A stretch of DNA of 63,183 bases, the filler included, from Vezdaea acicularis (Eukaryota): NCBI GenBank assembly GCA_026025075.1. It is 5 parts of 5 records of this genome, joined end to end, with 100 filler letters (N's around TTAATTAATTAA, not from the genome) between each part and the next. Parts side by side here need not be neighbours in the genome. Positions count along the whole stretch, not along the records: positions 1 to 14,304 come from JAPEUI010000230.1; positions 14,405 to 28,643 come from JAPEUI010000231.1; 3 more parts are not named here. One strand, 5' to 3'. Under the pieces are notes generated by a model that worked only from the letters and a program-made list of their open reading frames with translations, did not search any database and was not told the origin of the DNA. The first letter of the stretch is position 1, and each line of letters begins with the position of its first letter. Of the stretch, positions 11,540 through 25,307 are shown in pieces. Made by a program: the position numbers and the translations under genes.

Positions 11540-13133
11540 ATGCATATTCACGATACAACTACTAACATCTCCATCAAAGTTGAGGCATTAGCAAACAACA
11601 AGCTGCTCGCTGAGTATTTTCCAAGCCAAGAGGGCCATACAGTCACTTGCACTATACCTGTTAACAGCAAAGACCAGATTACTTTGAAGTGCTCGTATAT
11701 AGCAGAAAAAAAGGCGACACTTGATTGGGACTACTACATTGATGGGATCTGTAGATTTTCCATGTTCTCTCAAAGCGATGCTAAGGCTTGGAAAGCTTTG
11801 AATAAAGAGCTTCAATACTGTTACGACGCCAAGCCTGGAGACAAGTATGTCACAGATTGTAAAATGATCGTTGAACCCCTTTCCAGTAGGACCCCCCCCC
11901 CCAAAACCTTCAAGCATCATGCTAATAAGCCTTAAGTTGGTCTAGAAGCGGATAAAGATGGAGACCTAGTCCCTAGCATCGGTGAAATTCGTGTCCTGGT
12001 TTACAGGCGTGGACCATGGGATGTTCCGCACACTCGTCCCTCTATAACTGATACAGAATGCTGGAAGCCAACTCTTCCATCGGAGAAAAACACACATCTC
12101 GCACCCACTCACTTCATCAGGTAGATCACCCTGTTCCAAGATTATAGCACGGCTCTAACTAAAGAAATAGTCTTGTGGCTAAGCCGGAGAACGTTAAGAA
12201 CTACGCGGTAAATACCATACGAAGACATCTGGAATACAGAGATCCTGATGGGCCATTGATTCAACTCATCTTTTATTATAGAGACTCAAGTACAACATCC
12301 TTCAACACGTGCACTCACTCATTAACATACTCTTAGGGAAAGTAACAGACTTCGCAAATCTTATTCCAGGGTCAAACCCAACTGAGATTGACTTTGCTTT
12401 TGCGAGCACCCCTAAACCGTACTTAATAAAGCAAGAACGCGCTTCAACGGATGGGCTTGATGAGACAAATGTTGATTTGTCAATAATCAGTGATGTTAGT
12501 CAACCTCTGACAATTATAGACGATGAGACTGCTGGCCACGCAAATCTCCAGAGTTCTGTCGAGTCACAAGCTCGCAAGCGCAACATGGGAGAGATATCTC
12601 CGTTAGCAGCCGCCTTAGATATCAATGCAAAAAGATTTCGAGCAGATGGTGCGATCATCGGTACAGCACGTCAGAGATATGAAGATAGGATGCGTGCGGA
12701 AGCAAGGAGGAAAGAAGAGCGAGACAACGATCTTCAGATGTTAATGGATGACGTTAATGAGAGTGAAAAGAAGGAGCAAGACCTTCTAGAAAAGCTCGAG
12801 GACTACTATAAACAGCTGGATACAAAATTTCAGGTTATTTTAGCCCCCTTTTCTGCCAAAGATCTTCACAAGGATTCAAGCTAACAAAGTTTAGGCCGAG
12901 GTTACGGCAAAAGAGGCTGAGTATATACTTGCGGCTACGCGTCTGAAAGAGCAATCTAAATACGTAAAAGAGAACTTGGCAAACCTTGAGAAGGAAATGT
13001 CAAGCCTAGAAAAACGGCTCACGGTAAGCTCCCCGCCACCAAAAGTCTCAAAGCATTACAACCCTTTTCATTTGATTACTGATCGTCTATAACTAAGTAG
13101 GATCCAAGTCTCCCTAATTCAAATACCCCTTAA
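11540..13133 (+). CDS. Hypothetical fungal protein (6 exons): beta-rich N-terminal domain of the EY..YIDG..GEI.V..R..FYYR type plus C-terminal coiled coil
   Basis: Five canonical short introns (starting 11886, 12121, 12290, ~12834, ~13024) join the ORFs in frame: LLAEYFP...YYIDG...SIGEIRVLVYRR...PLIQLIFYYRDS...KENLANLEKEMSSLEKRL. Resembles a fungal DUF family (DUF7918-like, unverified). Confidence 0.65.
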
Positions 13134-13539
13134 ATGCTCTGAACATTCATTCAGTGCATCTTTGAATCATTGCGTGGAGACTTATGGAATATCATCAGAG
13201 TTGATGCTTTACAGTGGGGGTCAATTTGATCAGAATTTAAGTTCTTTGGTCTACTTTAACTGGGTTCTTCTATAGACATAATGGATCAAACAAAAGCGAT
13301 AAGATCGAGAAGATGCTCTTGCAATATTGCTTCATATAGTGATCAAATAGTGTACGCTCAATAGTCCGCAAATATGATCGAATCCGCCTACCAACTCGTA
13401 TAACCTGGTATGCAGGGTGGAAATGAATTGAGAATCTTGATACCCCTAAGTCGTGCACTGCCTACTCAAACCAGAGCTAGGCCCTTGTCTTGACTTGTAA
13501 CAACTGCAAGCATCATCTGCAGAACATAGGTGATACAGG

Positions 13540-14304
13540 AAAGCCGGACTTAATGCACTCTAAGCGTTCGGGGCCTCGTCTTGCAAGCAGGGCAACGGCT
13601 CGAAAAAATTGGTTCAAAGCGCTCAGAGCACTTGTGGCCTCGCATTATGGGCAAGACAAGATTGCTGGCACAATGCGCTTACAGCCCTTAAAGCGCTCAC
13701 AGGGCCCGCCGAGCTGGCAGGATGGGATCGCCGGCATGATACGCTTGGAGCGTTTAAAGCGTTCGAAAGCCTCTCTCGTTGCATAAAATGAGCGCCCCGG
13801 TGGATTCACTTGAAGCGCTTAGAGCGCTCGAAAGCCTTGCCGGGCGATCACGATGGAATTGCGGGCATAGTGCGCTCGGAGCACTCGAAGTGTTTGAAGC
13901 GCTTGATTACCTTGCCGGGCGGGCTGGACGCGATTATTCATTTGATATGCTCGGAGCGCTTGAAGCGCTCACAAGCCTAGCCGAGGGCGCAAAACGTGAT
14001 CGCTGGCATAATACGCTGAAGCGCTTAAAGCGCTCGAAAACCTTGCCGGGCGAGCACGAAGGAATTGCGGGCTTAATGCGCTCTCAGTACTCAAAGCGCT
14101 TGAAGCACTTGATGGCTCGGTCGGGCGGGCAGCTCGCAATCGTCGGCATGATACGCACAGTGCGCTTGAAGCGCTTCTAAGCCTTGCCGGACGAGTACGA
14201 CGGAATCGCAGGCGTAGTGCGCTCAAAGCACTCGGAGCGCTCGGAGCGCTTGAAGTGCATGATGGCTTCGCTGGGCGGGCAGCTCACGCTCGGCGGCATG
14301 ATAC
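13540..14304. repeat. Degenerate tandem array of ~66/75/84-bp units with nested 9-bp GCGCTYRRA sub-repeats, running to the contig end
   Basis: Unit starts (ATCGCCGGCATGATACGC-like) at about 13661, 13727, 13791, 13858, 13933, 13999, 14064, 14139, 14205 and 14289. Confidence 0.85.
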
Positions 14305-14404
14305 NNNNNNNNNNNNNNNNNNNNNNNNNNNNNNNNNNNNNNNNNNNNTTAATTAATTAANNNNNNNNNNNNNNNNNNNNNNNNNNNNNNNNNNNNNNNN
14401 NNNN
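14305..14404. other. Artificial contig spacer
   Basis: 44 N + TTAATTAATTAA (stops in all frames) + 44 N. Confidence 0.98.
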
Positions 14405-15118
14405 TCACCTTCCTCAGGCACTTCAAGCCTTGCATCCTTGATTCTCCCGAAGATAAAACATGATAGCCCGCAGAAGCTCACGTATACGCACAACCAAAAC
14501 TTCGTACATTACATCGCCGACGCCCCCTCCGACCACCCAGGCGCCGACCCATCCGCCGGCGGCTTGACGTACATGGTCGTCGCCCGTAGCGACCTCGGCC
14601 GTCGTGTCCCCTTTGGATACCTTTTCGAAATCAAGAAGCGCTTCTTGCAAGCGCACGACCCAGCCACTACAGACTTCGCTGATCTGCCCGCCTACGGAGC
14701 GGCGGACTTCAATGGCACGTTGAAGAAGCTGATGGTAGAGTATGGGACGACGCAGGGCGGGAAGCAGGATGCGATTGGGAATGTGCAGAACGAAATTGAG
14801 AATGTGAGGGGTATTATGACGGAGAATATTGAGAGGGTCCTAGAGAGGGGTGAGAGGATCGATCTCCTGGTAGACAAGACGGACAGACTAGGGGGGAATG
14901 CGCATGATTTTAGGGTCAGGAGTAGGGGGCTCAGGAGGAAGATGTGGTGGAAGAATGTGAAGTTAATGGCACTGCTCATTCTTGTCGTCATCTTCCTCAT
15001 TTATCTTTTCGTTGGCTTTGGTTGTGGACTACCAGGTATTTTATAAACTCATTGGACTTGTTACAGGAATGCTAACTTCGATACAGGTTGGTCGAAATGT
15101 GTTGGCTCAGGAAAATAG
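14405..15118 (+). CDS. VAMP7/Nyv1-like longin R-SNARE (5'-partial)
   Basis: Longin domain (LILPKI..KLTYTH..RRVPFGYLFEIKKRF), R-SNARE motif MTENIERVLERGERIDLLVDKTD, RRKMWWKNVK plus TM. Last exon 15087-15118. Confidence 0.92.
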
Positions 15119-15348
15119 TGCAAACGAGCAGGGCGTTGGAGGTGTTATTGTTTCACTCTTTTTGGGTCTATATTTTATACAATACGCCGGTATGCTTTTC
15201 GAGCAATCCATTCTTTGTAGTATTCGTAAAGGCATATTAGGAGCTCTTCAGTTAGTCAAAATTTATAACTCCAATGCACATAATCCAGCTTATCCCATCT
15301 CCACTCTTGCAATCAGTACTTTCAGTGACAAACGAAGCCGTAGCCTCT

Positions 15349-15765
15349 TCACAGCTTTGAATTTCTATCTTGAGCAGTGCTCTTGGTTAAAACCCGATCC
15401 CAAACATATCCATGTGTGACAGGATTCGATCTGTCCGAAATTGCAGAAGAGGTGAACGGGGACTTCCGAAAGCCGGAGGTAAAGAAGACTGGGTGAAGTG
15501 TTGCCGGATCATACATGGTTTTTGGATCTACAAGATCTCTGTCGGCACTTGGAGAAGAATTTGGGGGCATGGCTTCGATCTGAGACCGTGGCTTTGACAG
15601 AGGACTATTCTCTGCTCGTGGCGATCCGAGGCAGTGATCTTGCCTTCTCTGTTGTTGATACACCAGATTTGGAGGTCCGGATACCTGCGAGAAAATCAAT
15701 TAAGCAAAGTAAGCCGGTAAGCCAGGAGTTACCTTTGGACGCGAAGGTTGAAATAAGGGGAACAT
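15349..15765 (-). CDS. Hypothetical 2-exon protein
   Basis: MFPLFQPSRPK (15765-15733) joins ORF 15349-15699 in frame across a GTAACT..CAG intron; no family recognised. Confidence 0.35.
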
Positions 15766-15983
15766 AGCTGTCCAGCTACCCTCTCGATTGAAGCTCTAGG
15801 CTCATGTTGAGCCGCCGAAGACGAGTTCATTTTTATACCTCGGCTACAGTAGGGCACCGGACGTCATGCCGCGCTCGCCTAAGTCGCGACCATTGAAATT
15901 TTCGGGGTGCGATGATATTGAGTTCTCTCCTGCGAGTTTGATGTAGGACATGAATCTCGAATCTTTCATCGATTGCGTCGGCA

Positions 15984-18308
15984 ATGAGAAGATCCGCAAC
16001 GCGAGCATTCCATTCATCGCGGATCAGACATAACCAGGAGATTCGTCCTGAACGTACCAACTTCTCCAAGTACAAGGAGCCTCCAATCGTGTGCATTCAA
16101 GCTGCGACATTCTATCGACACCACCCGACTGCTGGTCAGCTGGTGGATAATCCGAATGACGCACCGAAGCCAAACCCGCCGCTATTCCGTGATTTGAACC
16201 TGGAAATCCCTTCATTCTCGAGAACAAAAGCATATTGGTCCATTGTTGGGCCTTCATCATCAGGAAAGACTACTCTACTACAGATTCTCCAAGGGGAGCA
16301 TTTGTGCTTTCCCCCAACAGCTAGATCTTACCCCTACTTGTCTACGGACAGAATAAGGCGGAAAGATCCTCGGCTATCATCTCCGGGTCGTGCAATCCAG
16401 TATGTGGACTTTAGTGGAGAAAGAGGTGGCTCCGGAGGATCGAAGACACGGGGCGCGTACCTGAGTGCCAGGTATGAAAGTCGTCGCGAAGAGGCAGACT
16501 TCTCTTTGATGAATTACCTCAAGGGAAATACTGAGCTCAACCCTCTGAAACGGGTAGACAGCGATGAGTCAAACTCTACGATGCTGAATAAGGTCATTGC
16601 AGATCTCAGATTGGGAAATTTAGTCGATATGCCTGTGAGGAATCTCAGTAATGGGCAGATGAGACGAGCAAAGATTGCGAAAGCTTTACTAGGGCGACCA
16701 GAGTTACTTTTGTTGGACGAGCCTTTCAGTATGTACTACACACCACCTTGGAGGGCATTTGGCTTACTCTTATTTTGTTTCTTAGTGGGCCTTGACCCTC
16801 CGACATGCTTGCAGCTCTCTCCTTTATTGGGAGAACTAGCAGCATCACAATCTCCTCGCATAGTGATGTCTCTTAGGCCACAGGACCCCATACCAAGTTG
16901 GATTACGCATCTCGTACGCTTAGGGGACGACCGTACAATCACCCACCAAGGACCTAAGAAGGAGGTTTTGAAAGCCGTGAGATTGGACTTGAGAAAGGAG
17001 GTCTGGGGTAGCTCCACACCGATGTATGAGTTGGGCCGAACCCTGTCAAGCCGCGGAGTCGCTGAAGTGGCTAATAAGGAGAGACGAGTGCTCCCTACTC
17101 AATTCCAAAAAAGTCACGATATTGACCGCGAGTCTCTTGTCGAGATGAATGGAGTCAAGGTTGCTTACGGCGAGCGAAAGGTAATTGGGGACTGGGAACA
17201 ACAAGTCAATGGAGAAGCTAAGCAAGGTCTTTGGTGGAATGTGCGAAGAGGTGATCGATGGGGCATTTTTGGTCCTAATGGTATTTACCTATGACTTGAA
17301 GTACCACTTGCACTTTTCGATTTTCTAACTAGCTGCATTGCAGGGTCCGGCAAGACTACTCTAATATCCCTGATATGCTCAGATCATCCGCAAACATATT
17401 CTCTACCCATTCGGCTTTTCGGAAATGCTCGGCTTCCAACGCTGGGAAGCCCTGGTATTTCTATCTTCGACATCCAAGCGCGTATTGGCCATTCTTCTCC
17501 AGAGATTCACGTCTTTTTCCCACGCACACTCACAATTCGCCAAACTGTAGAGAATGCTTGGGCAGATACATTCTTGGGAAAGGCGCGTCTCGATCATCAA
17601 AGAGATCGAGATGTAGATGCATGTCTTCATTGGTTCCGAGATGAACTGAACCCTAGCGACCTACGGAAACCAGTTTCAGACAGGATTCCAGAGAGAGAGT
17701 CCTGGGCGAGAATGGTGAAGAAGCCAAAGCGAAATGATAAGGCTGCTGCTTTAGCAGATGTGGAGAGCCTAGCATCTCCATCTTTAGACTGGGCCGATCA
17801 AATCAAGTTCGGCGAAATTACATTCTCGGCGCAACGAGTGGCCTTATTTCTTCGTGCTATTATCAAGAAGCCAGATCTACTAATACTGGACGAGGCATTC
17901 TCAGGAATGGATGGCAGAGTGCGCGATCGGTGTCTGGACTTCATGACGTTCGGTACTGATTTTACGGCGGCTTTGGCGCACAGCAGTATATTTCAACTAC
18001 CACCAGAAGATACCATTCATGAATATCGCGCAAGGGGCCTAAGATTCTCAGGACTTGAAGAAAGACAAGCGCTGATTTGTGTGAGCCATGTCCGGGAGGA
18101 GGTTCCCAACGTCATCCAAGATTGGATGTGCTTGCCTGAGCCTGGAACTAGGAACCCACCGAGGTTCGGTGTACTGGATGTCTTTATGAGGCGTGACCTG
18201 AAACAGTGGAACGATATGTGGAACCTTCAAAATGATCTTCGATTGGGGTCAAGAGAGCCTCATGAGAAGACGTCATCAGCCGCTGGATCAAGAAAACATA
18301 AGTCATAG
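15984..18308 (+). CDS. ModF/YDR061W-like soluble ABC ATPase with two NBDs
   Basis: Walker A GPSSSGKT, LSNGQMRR, LLLLDEPF; second NBD GPNG/SGKTT and LLILDEAF; introns near 16729 and 17282; mitochondrial-presequence-like N-terminus. Confidence 0.88.
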
Positions 18309-18979
18309 TGATATTGGGAAGGATAGAAGCCGAATGTATAATACTTGAATAAGTGTTAACAGGTTGGAGGCGCTGGATCTCGTCCTAACCCGAAGGAGGG
18401 TTGATAGTACGGTGGAGGGTTGTATGAACATAAAGACCCGAGATCTGTAAATAAGGTGAGAAACCGACAAGGAAGCATTGGCTTGTAGACGAGTGAGGAG
18501 AACGCGAAGAACTGTACATACAAGTCTGAAATGGGCGATTGCTACATAAAGGGGTGTTTATTAACGATCCCTAATCGGTCAGACTAGCGTATGATGCGCA
18601 AAGAACCAATTGATTGGTAGATGTACAATACGTAGATCCTAATAATTGACAGTAAATATGGTGTTTAAAATTGATGCTCTGTAGGTCATTGGTTGTATGC
18701 ATTGAGCATGGTCATCGCTGTTTGAAAGGGGACGCTGATGCAGCTTCCCAGACCGGACTATCACTGTTTGCCGAGAAAGCGTATGACATCGATATTCTCG
18801 CAATCTTACCTCAATCACACTGTCTCACGCATCAAAGGCCGAGCAGTGACGAAGTGATAGAGTCCGGCACAACTCCCCGTTGGTGCAGTATGCCGACAAT
18901 CGGTTACCAGAGATGAGTGACGCATCCCCTGCTTCAAAGCTGTAACTGGAAAGCGACCTCCGCCAAGTTGCCAGCGATT

Positions 18980-21900
18980 ATGGCAGAGCATTTCATCCCG
19001 TCCGCGGACCCAACAACGCTCGACCCCGCCTTTCTATCAACAGCAATCGACAATTTAAAAGAGACAGCTTCAAATGCTAGCGTGTATTTCAGTCCATATC
19101 CGAAGGACCTTCTCTTCGCTATACCGCGATTGGCTTCAAGGGTCGGCTCTTTCTGGCTTGTCGACATTCCCGAACATGTCGACCACATCTTTGGGGCAGC
19201 TCTGAGGGGCAGCATCATCGCCGAAGCCACGGCGGGTGGCCCTTTGACAAATGAAGCTGTTGCAGCGGCGTCGGCCTCATTGCAGAATGCCGGCGTGCCG
19301 GCCGCGCCATTGGCGGGCGGAAATGTGGAAAACGTATTCGTTTCGAGCTGGGGCTTTCAGAACATCAGAGGCATTGGAGGAATGTTCAGCTATCTAACAA
19401 GCAAATGGGCGCTTTGGTGCTTCATGATGGTATGTCGATGTACCCCTCTCTCCGAATGGAGCCCTACTCTCTCATCCAGAGCGGTTGGCTGAGACCTACG
19501 ATATCAGGCAATCATACTCAACCGGACTCAAGTATATGCCTCGGCTCGGCGTCATCTTGTACTGAAATGGCACACACGGCTTGCTTTACGGATAATCCCT
19601 CTCTTGCTCTTCGTATACCACATTAAGTCTCTTCTGGAATCCATGCGCTGCCAGACTTCTCCAGACTACGCATTGTATCGTTACGGTGACATTACGAAGC
19701 ACTCTGAAACAGACTTTGCAACCAGTGGTGGACTTTTCCATACAATCAGCTCGGCCTTGCTTTTCTGGCAGGACGATCGACAAAGCTGCCTGGCAGCAGA
19801 TATGATACCGATTCAACTAGGCACTGCGAAGGACCCGAAGTTCTCCTTGGTCGTAGGATCGCTTTCTCGGCTTTGGCCTTTATTCCAGTCATTTTGCCTC
19901 AGCCAGTTTGTTGAGACCCTGTCGTGTGCCGTACAAGGCCGACAGGTCCAAGCTGAGACTGGGATGACTGTCTTTGAACATTCATTAGCCTTTGCGGAAG
20001 CGGAGGCTATGATCAGCATGCAACTTGGGATTGGTCCATTCGGAGCGCTCAAGGCCAGCGCATACCGGGAGTCTATGTCGGTCTCGTATGCCTCGTCAGC
20101 ATCCGCCGCTGCCAAAGCTCTGCAACAGCAAGCCAACCTCGACTTGGTCAACACACCCTCTGAAGTACTTCTGATTGGACTCATATCCAGCATGAGCCAT
20201 CTTTCTAGTCACTTGCTTGCTATCTTTGGCCTGCAGTCTAAGCTGAGGCTTCCCAACACAGGTTTCTGGGGTCTTTGTTTCATGAGCGCTTTCATTTGGA
20301 GCTTCTACACCTTTTCTCCCGGCGCTGGAGGCGATGTGGGCATCCTACGATTTCCTACGGTTTGCATTGTGGGATTCATTCCACATCTTTTAATTCTCAT
20401 TGGCATTTGTATTTGTATGACTATTTATGCCCTTGCTCTGACGCTATCGGCGTTTTCGCTTCCCCCTGGTGTCCCAACACCATCCAATCTGAAGGATCGA
20501 TTTCTGATGGCACACGAAAATCTTCAAGCCAATGTCCAGCTATCGAGCATCCGCATTAGCATGCACGAGGACTTTTATACAACATTACTAAAGATTGGGT
20601 TCATGGCGTTGACGGCTGCAAGCGAGGCTGTATACTTGAACGAAGGGAGAGCCGTGGGCGTGAAGCAGTGGACATGGCTCGAAGAGAATCGGATGAACGA
20701 GGTCTTTCAGAGGAAGAATAATACTTTCAAGATACCCCGCGAGTTGAATAGCGGGCCGGGCTCTGTCGTGGCAGACGGCGTTGGCTTGGTAGAAGAGAAC
20801 GAAAAGGGGTCAGAGCAGAAGCCAAACGTTTGGCAAAGCGGGTACGCGCGAGAGCGAAGTACCCAAAAGTTGAAGGGTGGTAAGACCGCTGGCCAGTCGC
20901 GCATGCGAGTCGATGGTGTTGGTGCTACTGTGCGCGGCGGTCGATGGCTTCTAGCTTTCGACTTCTTCAAAGGAATCTTCTGGTTAATGACAGGCTGGCT
21001 CGCCCTTGCCCTCTCAAAGGCTCTTGCAAAGGTTGGTGTCAGCCGAAGGCCTAGGTGGCTGAGTTATTTCCTCCGAAAGGAGAAGATCAGAGGCGCCTCC
21101 GCTCCAGCTGCCTCACCAAATCCACCCCGAGACTCCTTAGAATTCTGGCTTCTTTCCGATGAAGGCATCCTCAGCCTCCCACAGGATGAGGACGTAGATG
21201 TTGAGCATGAGATGCGTCGCCGCCTCCAAACAACTAGCAATCCTTGGACAGCCACCGACGAAGCGCAGCTCGAGTCCCAAATGTACAATTGGTTCGTCAA
21301 CAACGGCTGGTGGGGCAGTGCTGACAGCAGCGGCTCCTATCGTCCCCCTTCGCCCGACATCGATACCACCAGTATCATGTCCCTCTCCACCAACGCCGCC
21401 ACAGATGACGAATGGGAAAGTGAGTCATCCTCCGGCCGCCGCACTCCCACACAGTCCTCCCCTTTCCCAAGCCGGGAGCAAACCCCCCTTCTCGACTCCA
21501 CCCTCGACACCACACAACTCGCTCGCCTCCTCGACCCGAAAGGCCCCGAGCAACGCTGCGAAGCGCGTCTGCTTGCCAGCCATCTAGCCAGCGACCGGAC
21601 CTTGACTCGTAGTCGCTACCGGCAGTCTCAAGACCGCGAGCGCGCGAGAATTCTAACGACCAATCGCGCGTTCAATATCGCGCCTGGCCGTCTGGGCGCT
21701 GAAGATGAGGCAGAAATGCTGGAGCAGCTCATCTTGTCGCGACGGTCGCATTCAGGGCGATATGGCGTTACTTTGGCGGAAGAGGATGGCAGCGAGTCCT
21801 GGGCGAATGGCGCGGCAGGCCTTGGGGCCGGCGGGCCCCAATGCGTCGTCTGTCAGAGCAGCCCACGTACGATCCTAGTGTGGCCTTGTCGATGCCTCAG

Positions 21901-22003
21901 TCTCTGCGAGGACTGCAGGGTTAGTCTCGCGATGAACAATTTTGGGAATTGCGTTTGTTGCCGGAGGGACGTGGTGGGCTTCTCGCGAATCTGGGTCCCG
22001 TAG
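18980..22003 (+). CDS. Asi1/Asi3-like membrane RING E3 ubiquitin ligase
   Basis: Multiple TM segments, ETGMTVFEHSLAFAEAE motif, C-terminal CVVCQSSPRTILVWPCRCLSLCEDCR...CVCCR RING; one intron 19430-~19508. Confidence 0.9.
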
Positions 22004-22276
22004 CGGGTGTCAGGGGTTTGCATTGGGAAGGTCGGAGGAAGGCGTTTGGCTCTTCAGTAGGCATGTATACTGTACGGGACCATGACATAGCATATTTTTA
22101 TTAAATCCCTAGGAATGTTACATGTCTTTTCTTATGCAAGAAACTGAGAGATGTCAATATCCGCCGTCGCTCCAAATGCTGCGAATCGTACATCCATTGC
22201 ATGCAACGCTTAAATCTAGACATAATCCTACGCCTGAATGTTCTTCCTTACCGTCCGTTCTCTTCATAATGTAGCT

Positions 22277-24186
22277 TTAGATCTTGAACACCTCGGACTT
22301 GCTTGCAATGCCATCCCACAAAAACACGTTATCTGCTGGTATGAACTGGTTCGTGATCAGCTTTACCGCCTCCTGGCTTACCACCCCACCTATGTATGCC
22401 GAAGTGACATGCAGCTCACCACCATCAGCCCGTACAAGCTCTTGGATATGCTGGTAGATGCGGTCTGTCGACTCCTTGCGGACCCAAGAATGGTCGGCTT
22501 CTTCGGGTGTATTGAGAAGGTGGAGTGTCCGGAGCGCGTATATATATATGTCTTGTGCTTGTGTCAGCGCGTTGTCGACGTCGCTACCGCCATAATAACG
22601 GTGCTTAAGCCAATCATCGTATGCAATGAAGGCGATGTAGAGGTGGATCATTGATTCGGGGTCTTGAACCTTGGTACCTAGGGGGAGAGAGGATTAGCAA
22701 TGTAGGGGCAGTGATATTGATAGCACTCACGAAATCGCGCGATTGCTTTCTCATCGCCCCATAAGTTCGTGGCATTGTCGTCAATACGGGTGTTCATTCG
22801 ACTGCCGTGAATAACTTTGGCAGTAGCCAGGTGCTTACAGAATCGCGCAACTTTGTATTCGGTTGGAAGAAAGCTGATCACAATGTCCGGAGATGAGACT
22901 CGAGCTCTATCAAGATCTACGCGCTGACTAGCAAGTTCGCTCATTTGTTCCCAATCTCGCCTTGCTTTTACTTTGTAGGCATTCTGCAGCTCAATATAAT
23001 CTTTTGACTGTGCTTTCATGTCCGGAAGAGAGCCTGCTAAAGGGAGAACTCCGTGCAGGTCGTAGAACAACCTAGCGGCTACAGCAAAATACCAGAAGTT
23101 TTGTTCGGACAGAAAAGATATTGCAAGTGCTCTGTTTGTTTCGAGATCTAGATGTGTTCCAGCTAGTTGAGCCTGGACCTCACGCGCTTCAAACACTTCT
23201 CGCACGCCTGATTTGAGCTCGTATGGCTCAAGAGCCGTCATAACGGCATTTATGGCTTCTTCAAAGTTTTCTTCTCCGCCAGCAACATACGGTCTAGCTC
23301 CAGATTGAACTAATTTGCGGAATTCCTGCTTTTGAGCATACCCCTTTGGGACCTCGCCATGATGGGTCTTCTTCCACTCCTCGATGTAGTATAGAAGCAA
23401 CAGCACATATGGCACGTGCCCATGATCATGGTCGTTCATCTGTGTCAACCCTTCTGTCTTTCTCTCCATGAGTTCAAGTAGCTCTGGCCATGGGTTGAGA
23501 AGCCGCAGGTCTGTGGTTGTCTCCTTATCTGGATGAGTGTCGAGGACCGGATAAGCGTCTGGTATCGATGTAGAAAAGTGGCCATAGAACCCAATGGAAT
23601 GGATATAAAGTAGTGGAATCCAGTTGCGTCGCGTGTATAACCCTATGCCGTCTAGTATGTCAGGGTCTATAGGCCCTGCCACTATGATGAGTGTGAAAGG
23701 TTCCAAAGCGTTCTTATTCTCGAGGAAGGTTTCGATGGACTACATAAATTAGTCATCAAGCTTGTTAACTCCAGGAATTTCTCTTCACCTCGTGGATATA
23801 TGCACCCGTCACATCTGGGTTCATATCCCCAAGTAAGTCGCGATTGACCTTGCCCCGCGGTTGGCCCAAGTGTTCCGGAGATACATAGAAGTTGATCTCT
23901 AGATCACGTTCCGTAACTACAGCATCGTCCAGAATTGTGAATTTGCCAATGCCTAGCACAGATTAGTGTCGGAGTTTATCACAAGCAAGCAGAAGATGGT
24001 GAGTCTACCGGGTAGGACAAGATTCTTAAGTACTTCAACTCCGACCCCGCCATGGCCAGAGTTGATCAGCAGAACATGAGCCTCTTCGAGCCGCCGCTGG
24101 CCCAGAGGACCCCAGATGCGAAGCTGTCGATCATATTTCCTTTCCTTGGCTGTCGGAGCCTTGCGACGAACAGTCGTATCCTCCAT
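22277..24186 (-). CDS. ULA1: NEDD8-activating enzyme E1 regulatory subunit
   Basis: [78 protein letters not shown] across 4 exons. Confidence 0.93.
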
Positions 24187-24364
24187 ACTAGGGAAGATGC
24201 TTGATATGGGTCAGGATATAATCTTGAGGGACCGCGGTCTGATGCTCGAGAAGGGACAAAAGTATTTCCACTCCGAGGGAACCGGAGAAACACGACGCGA
24301 CGGGCCTTGACTGCCGATGTTCTTACAAACATCCTAGCTTTGGGGTGGACAAATAAGGAGCGCT

Positions 24365-25307
24365 ATGCCCAGAACTTTGTCTTTCATGCGCCGAAGCATT
24401 TCTTCGATAGCGTCGAGCCTGGATCAGGGGCTCGCGGACCGGAAGTGTCTCATAACTGGCGCAAGTCGAGGCATCGGTCTCGCTATCGCTCAACGCTTTG
24501 CAGCGGAGGGGGCAAGTTGCATTATTGTAGGACGGAACAAGGACACGCTTAGTGCAGCTTTCGAAGGTCTCGAAGCTACTGGATCTACTCGGCATGGAGT
24601 ACGCGTCGGGGATGTGAGGCAACGGAGCTTCTGGGAAAAGCTGGCGAAAAAGGAGGTTAGTGTCTTAGCTCCAATAAAATTTATTTAACCTGGAATGCCC
24701 GCAGAGTGATATCAGTCTGCTCGTGAATGCTGCTGGCATCAGCCACTCGTCTCTACTTTTGGCCACGAAGCCTCAGCTAATAGAGGATGTGGTCTCTACA
24801 AATTTGATGGCCACTATTTGGGCGTGTCAACTTCTCGTGAAGGGCATGATTAGGCGTCGAGATGGTATAAACAAATCGAAAATTTTCTCGAGATGATCAT
24901 ACTGAAGAGCTATAGGATGTATCATCAACATTTCTTCACTTCTGGGAGTCAAGGGAGGTAGAGGATCTACCGCATACGCAGCCTCGAAAGCCGGAATGAT
25001 AGGTCTTACGAGATCACTATCCGCAGAGGTTGGCACCAGCGGCATTAGGATCAACGCTATTCTTCCTGGCTATATCGAGACACAAATGACCGAGAGTAAG
25101 CAGCCAATTAATGATAGTGGGAGACATACAATTACTGACACTGTATAAGATATGTCCCCGGAGGCTCGCTCCCAGGCACTCCAAGCTATACCACTCAACC
25201 GGTTCGGCCGTGCCGAAGAAGTAGCAGATGCGGCTGCTTTCCTTGCCAAGAACGCCTACGCGTCGAACTGCGTCTTGAACCTCGATGGTGGGCTAAGCTC
25301 GACATGA
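24365..25307 (+). CDS. Short-chain dehydrogenase, 3-oxoacyl-ACP reductase type
   Basis: TGASRGIG, LVNAAGI, YAASKAG, NAILPGYIETQMT, LNLDGG across 4 exons. Confidence 0.9.

Noticed and set aside
13540..14304. CRISPR array
   Set aside because: Eukaryotic context, no cas genes, and whole units are homologous, with no constant repeat plus unique spacer structure.
14349..14360. Repeated TTAATTAATTAA motif as a biological element
   Set aside because: Always centred in an exact 100-nt N spacer; it is an artificial all-frame stop linker.
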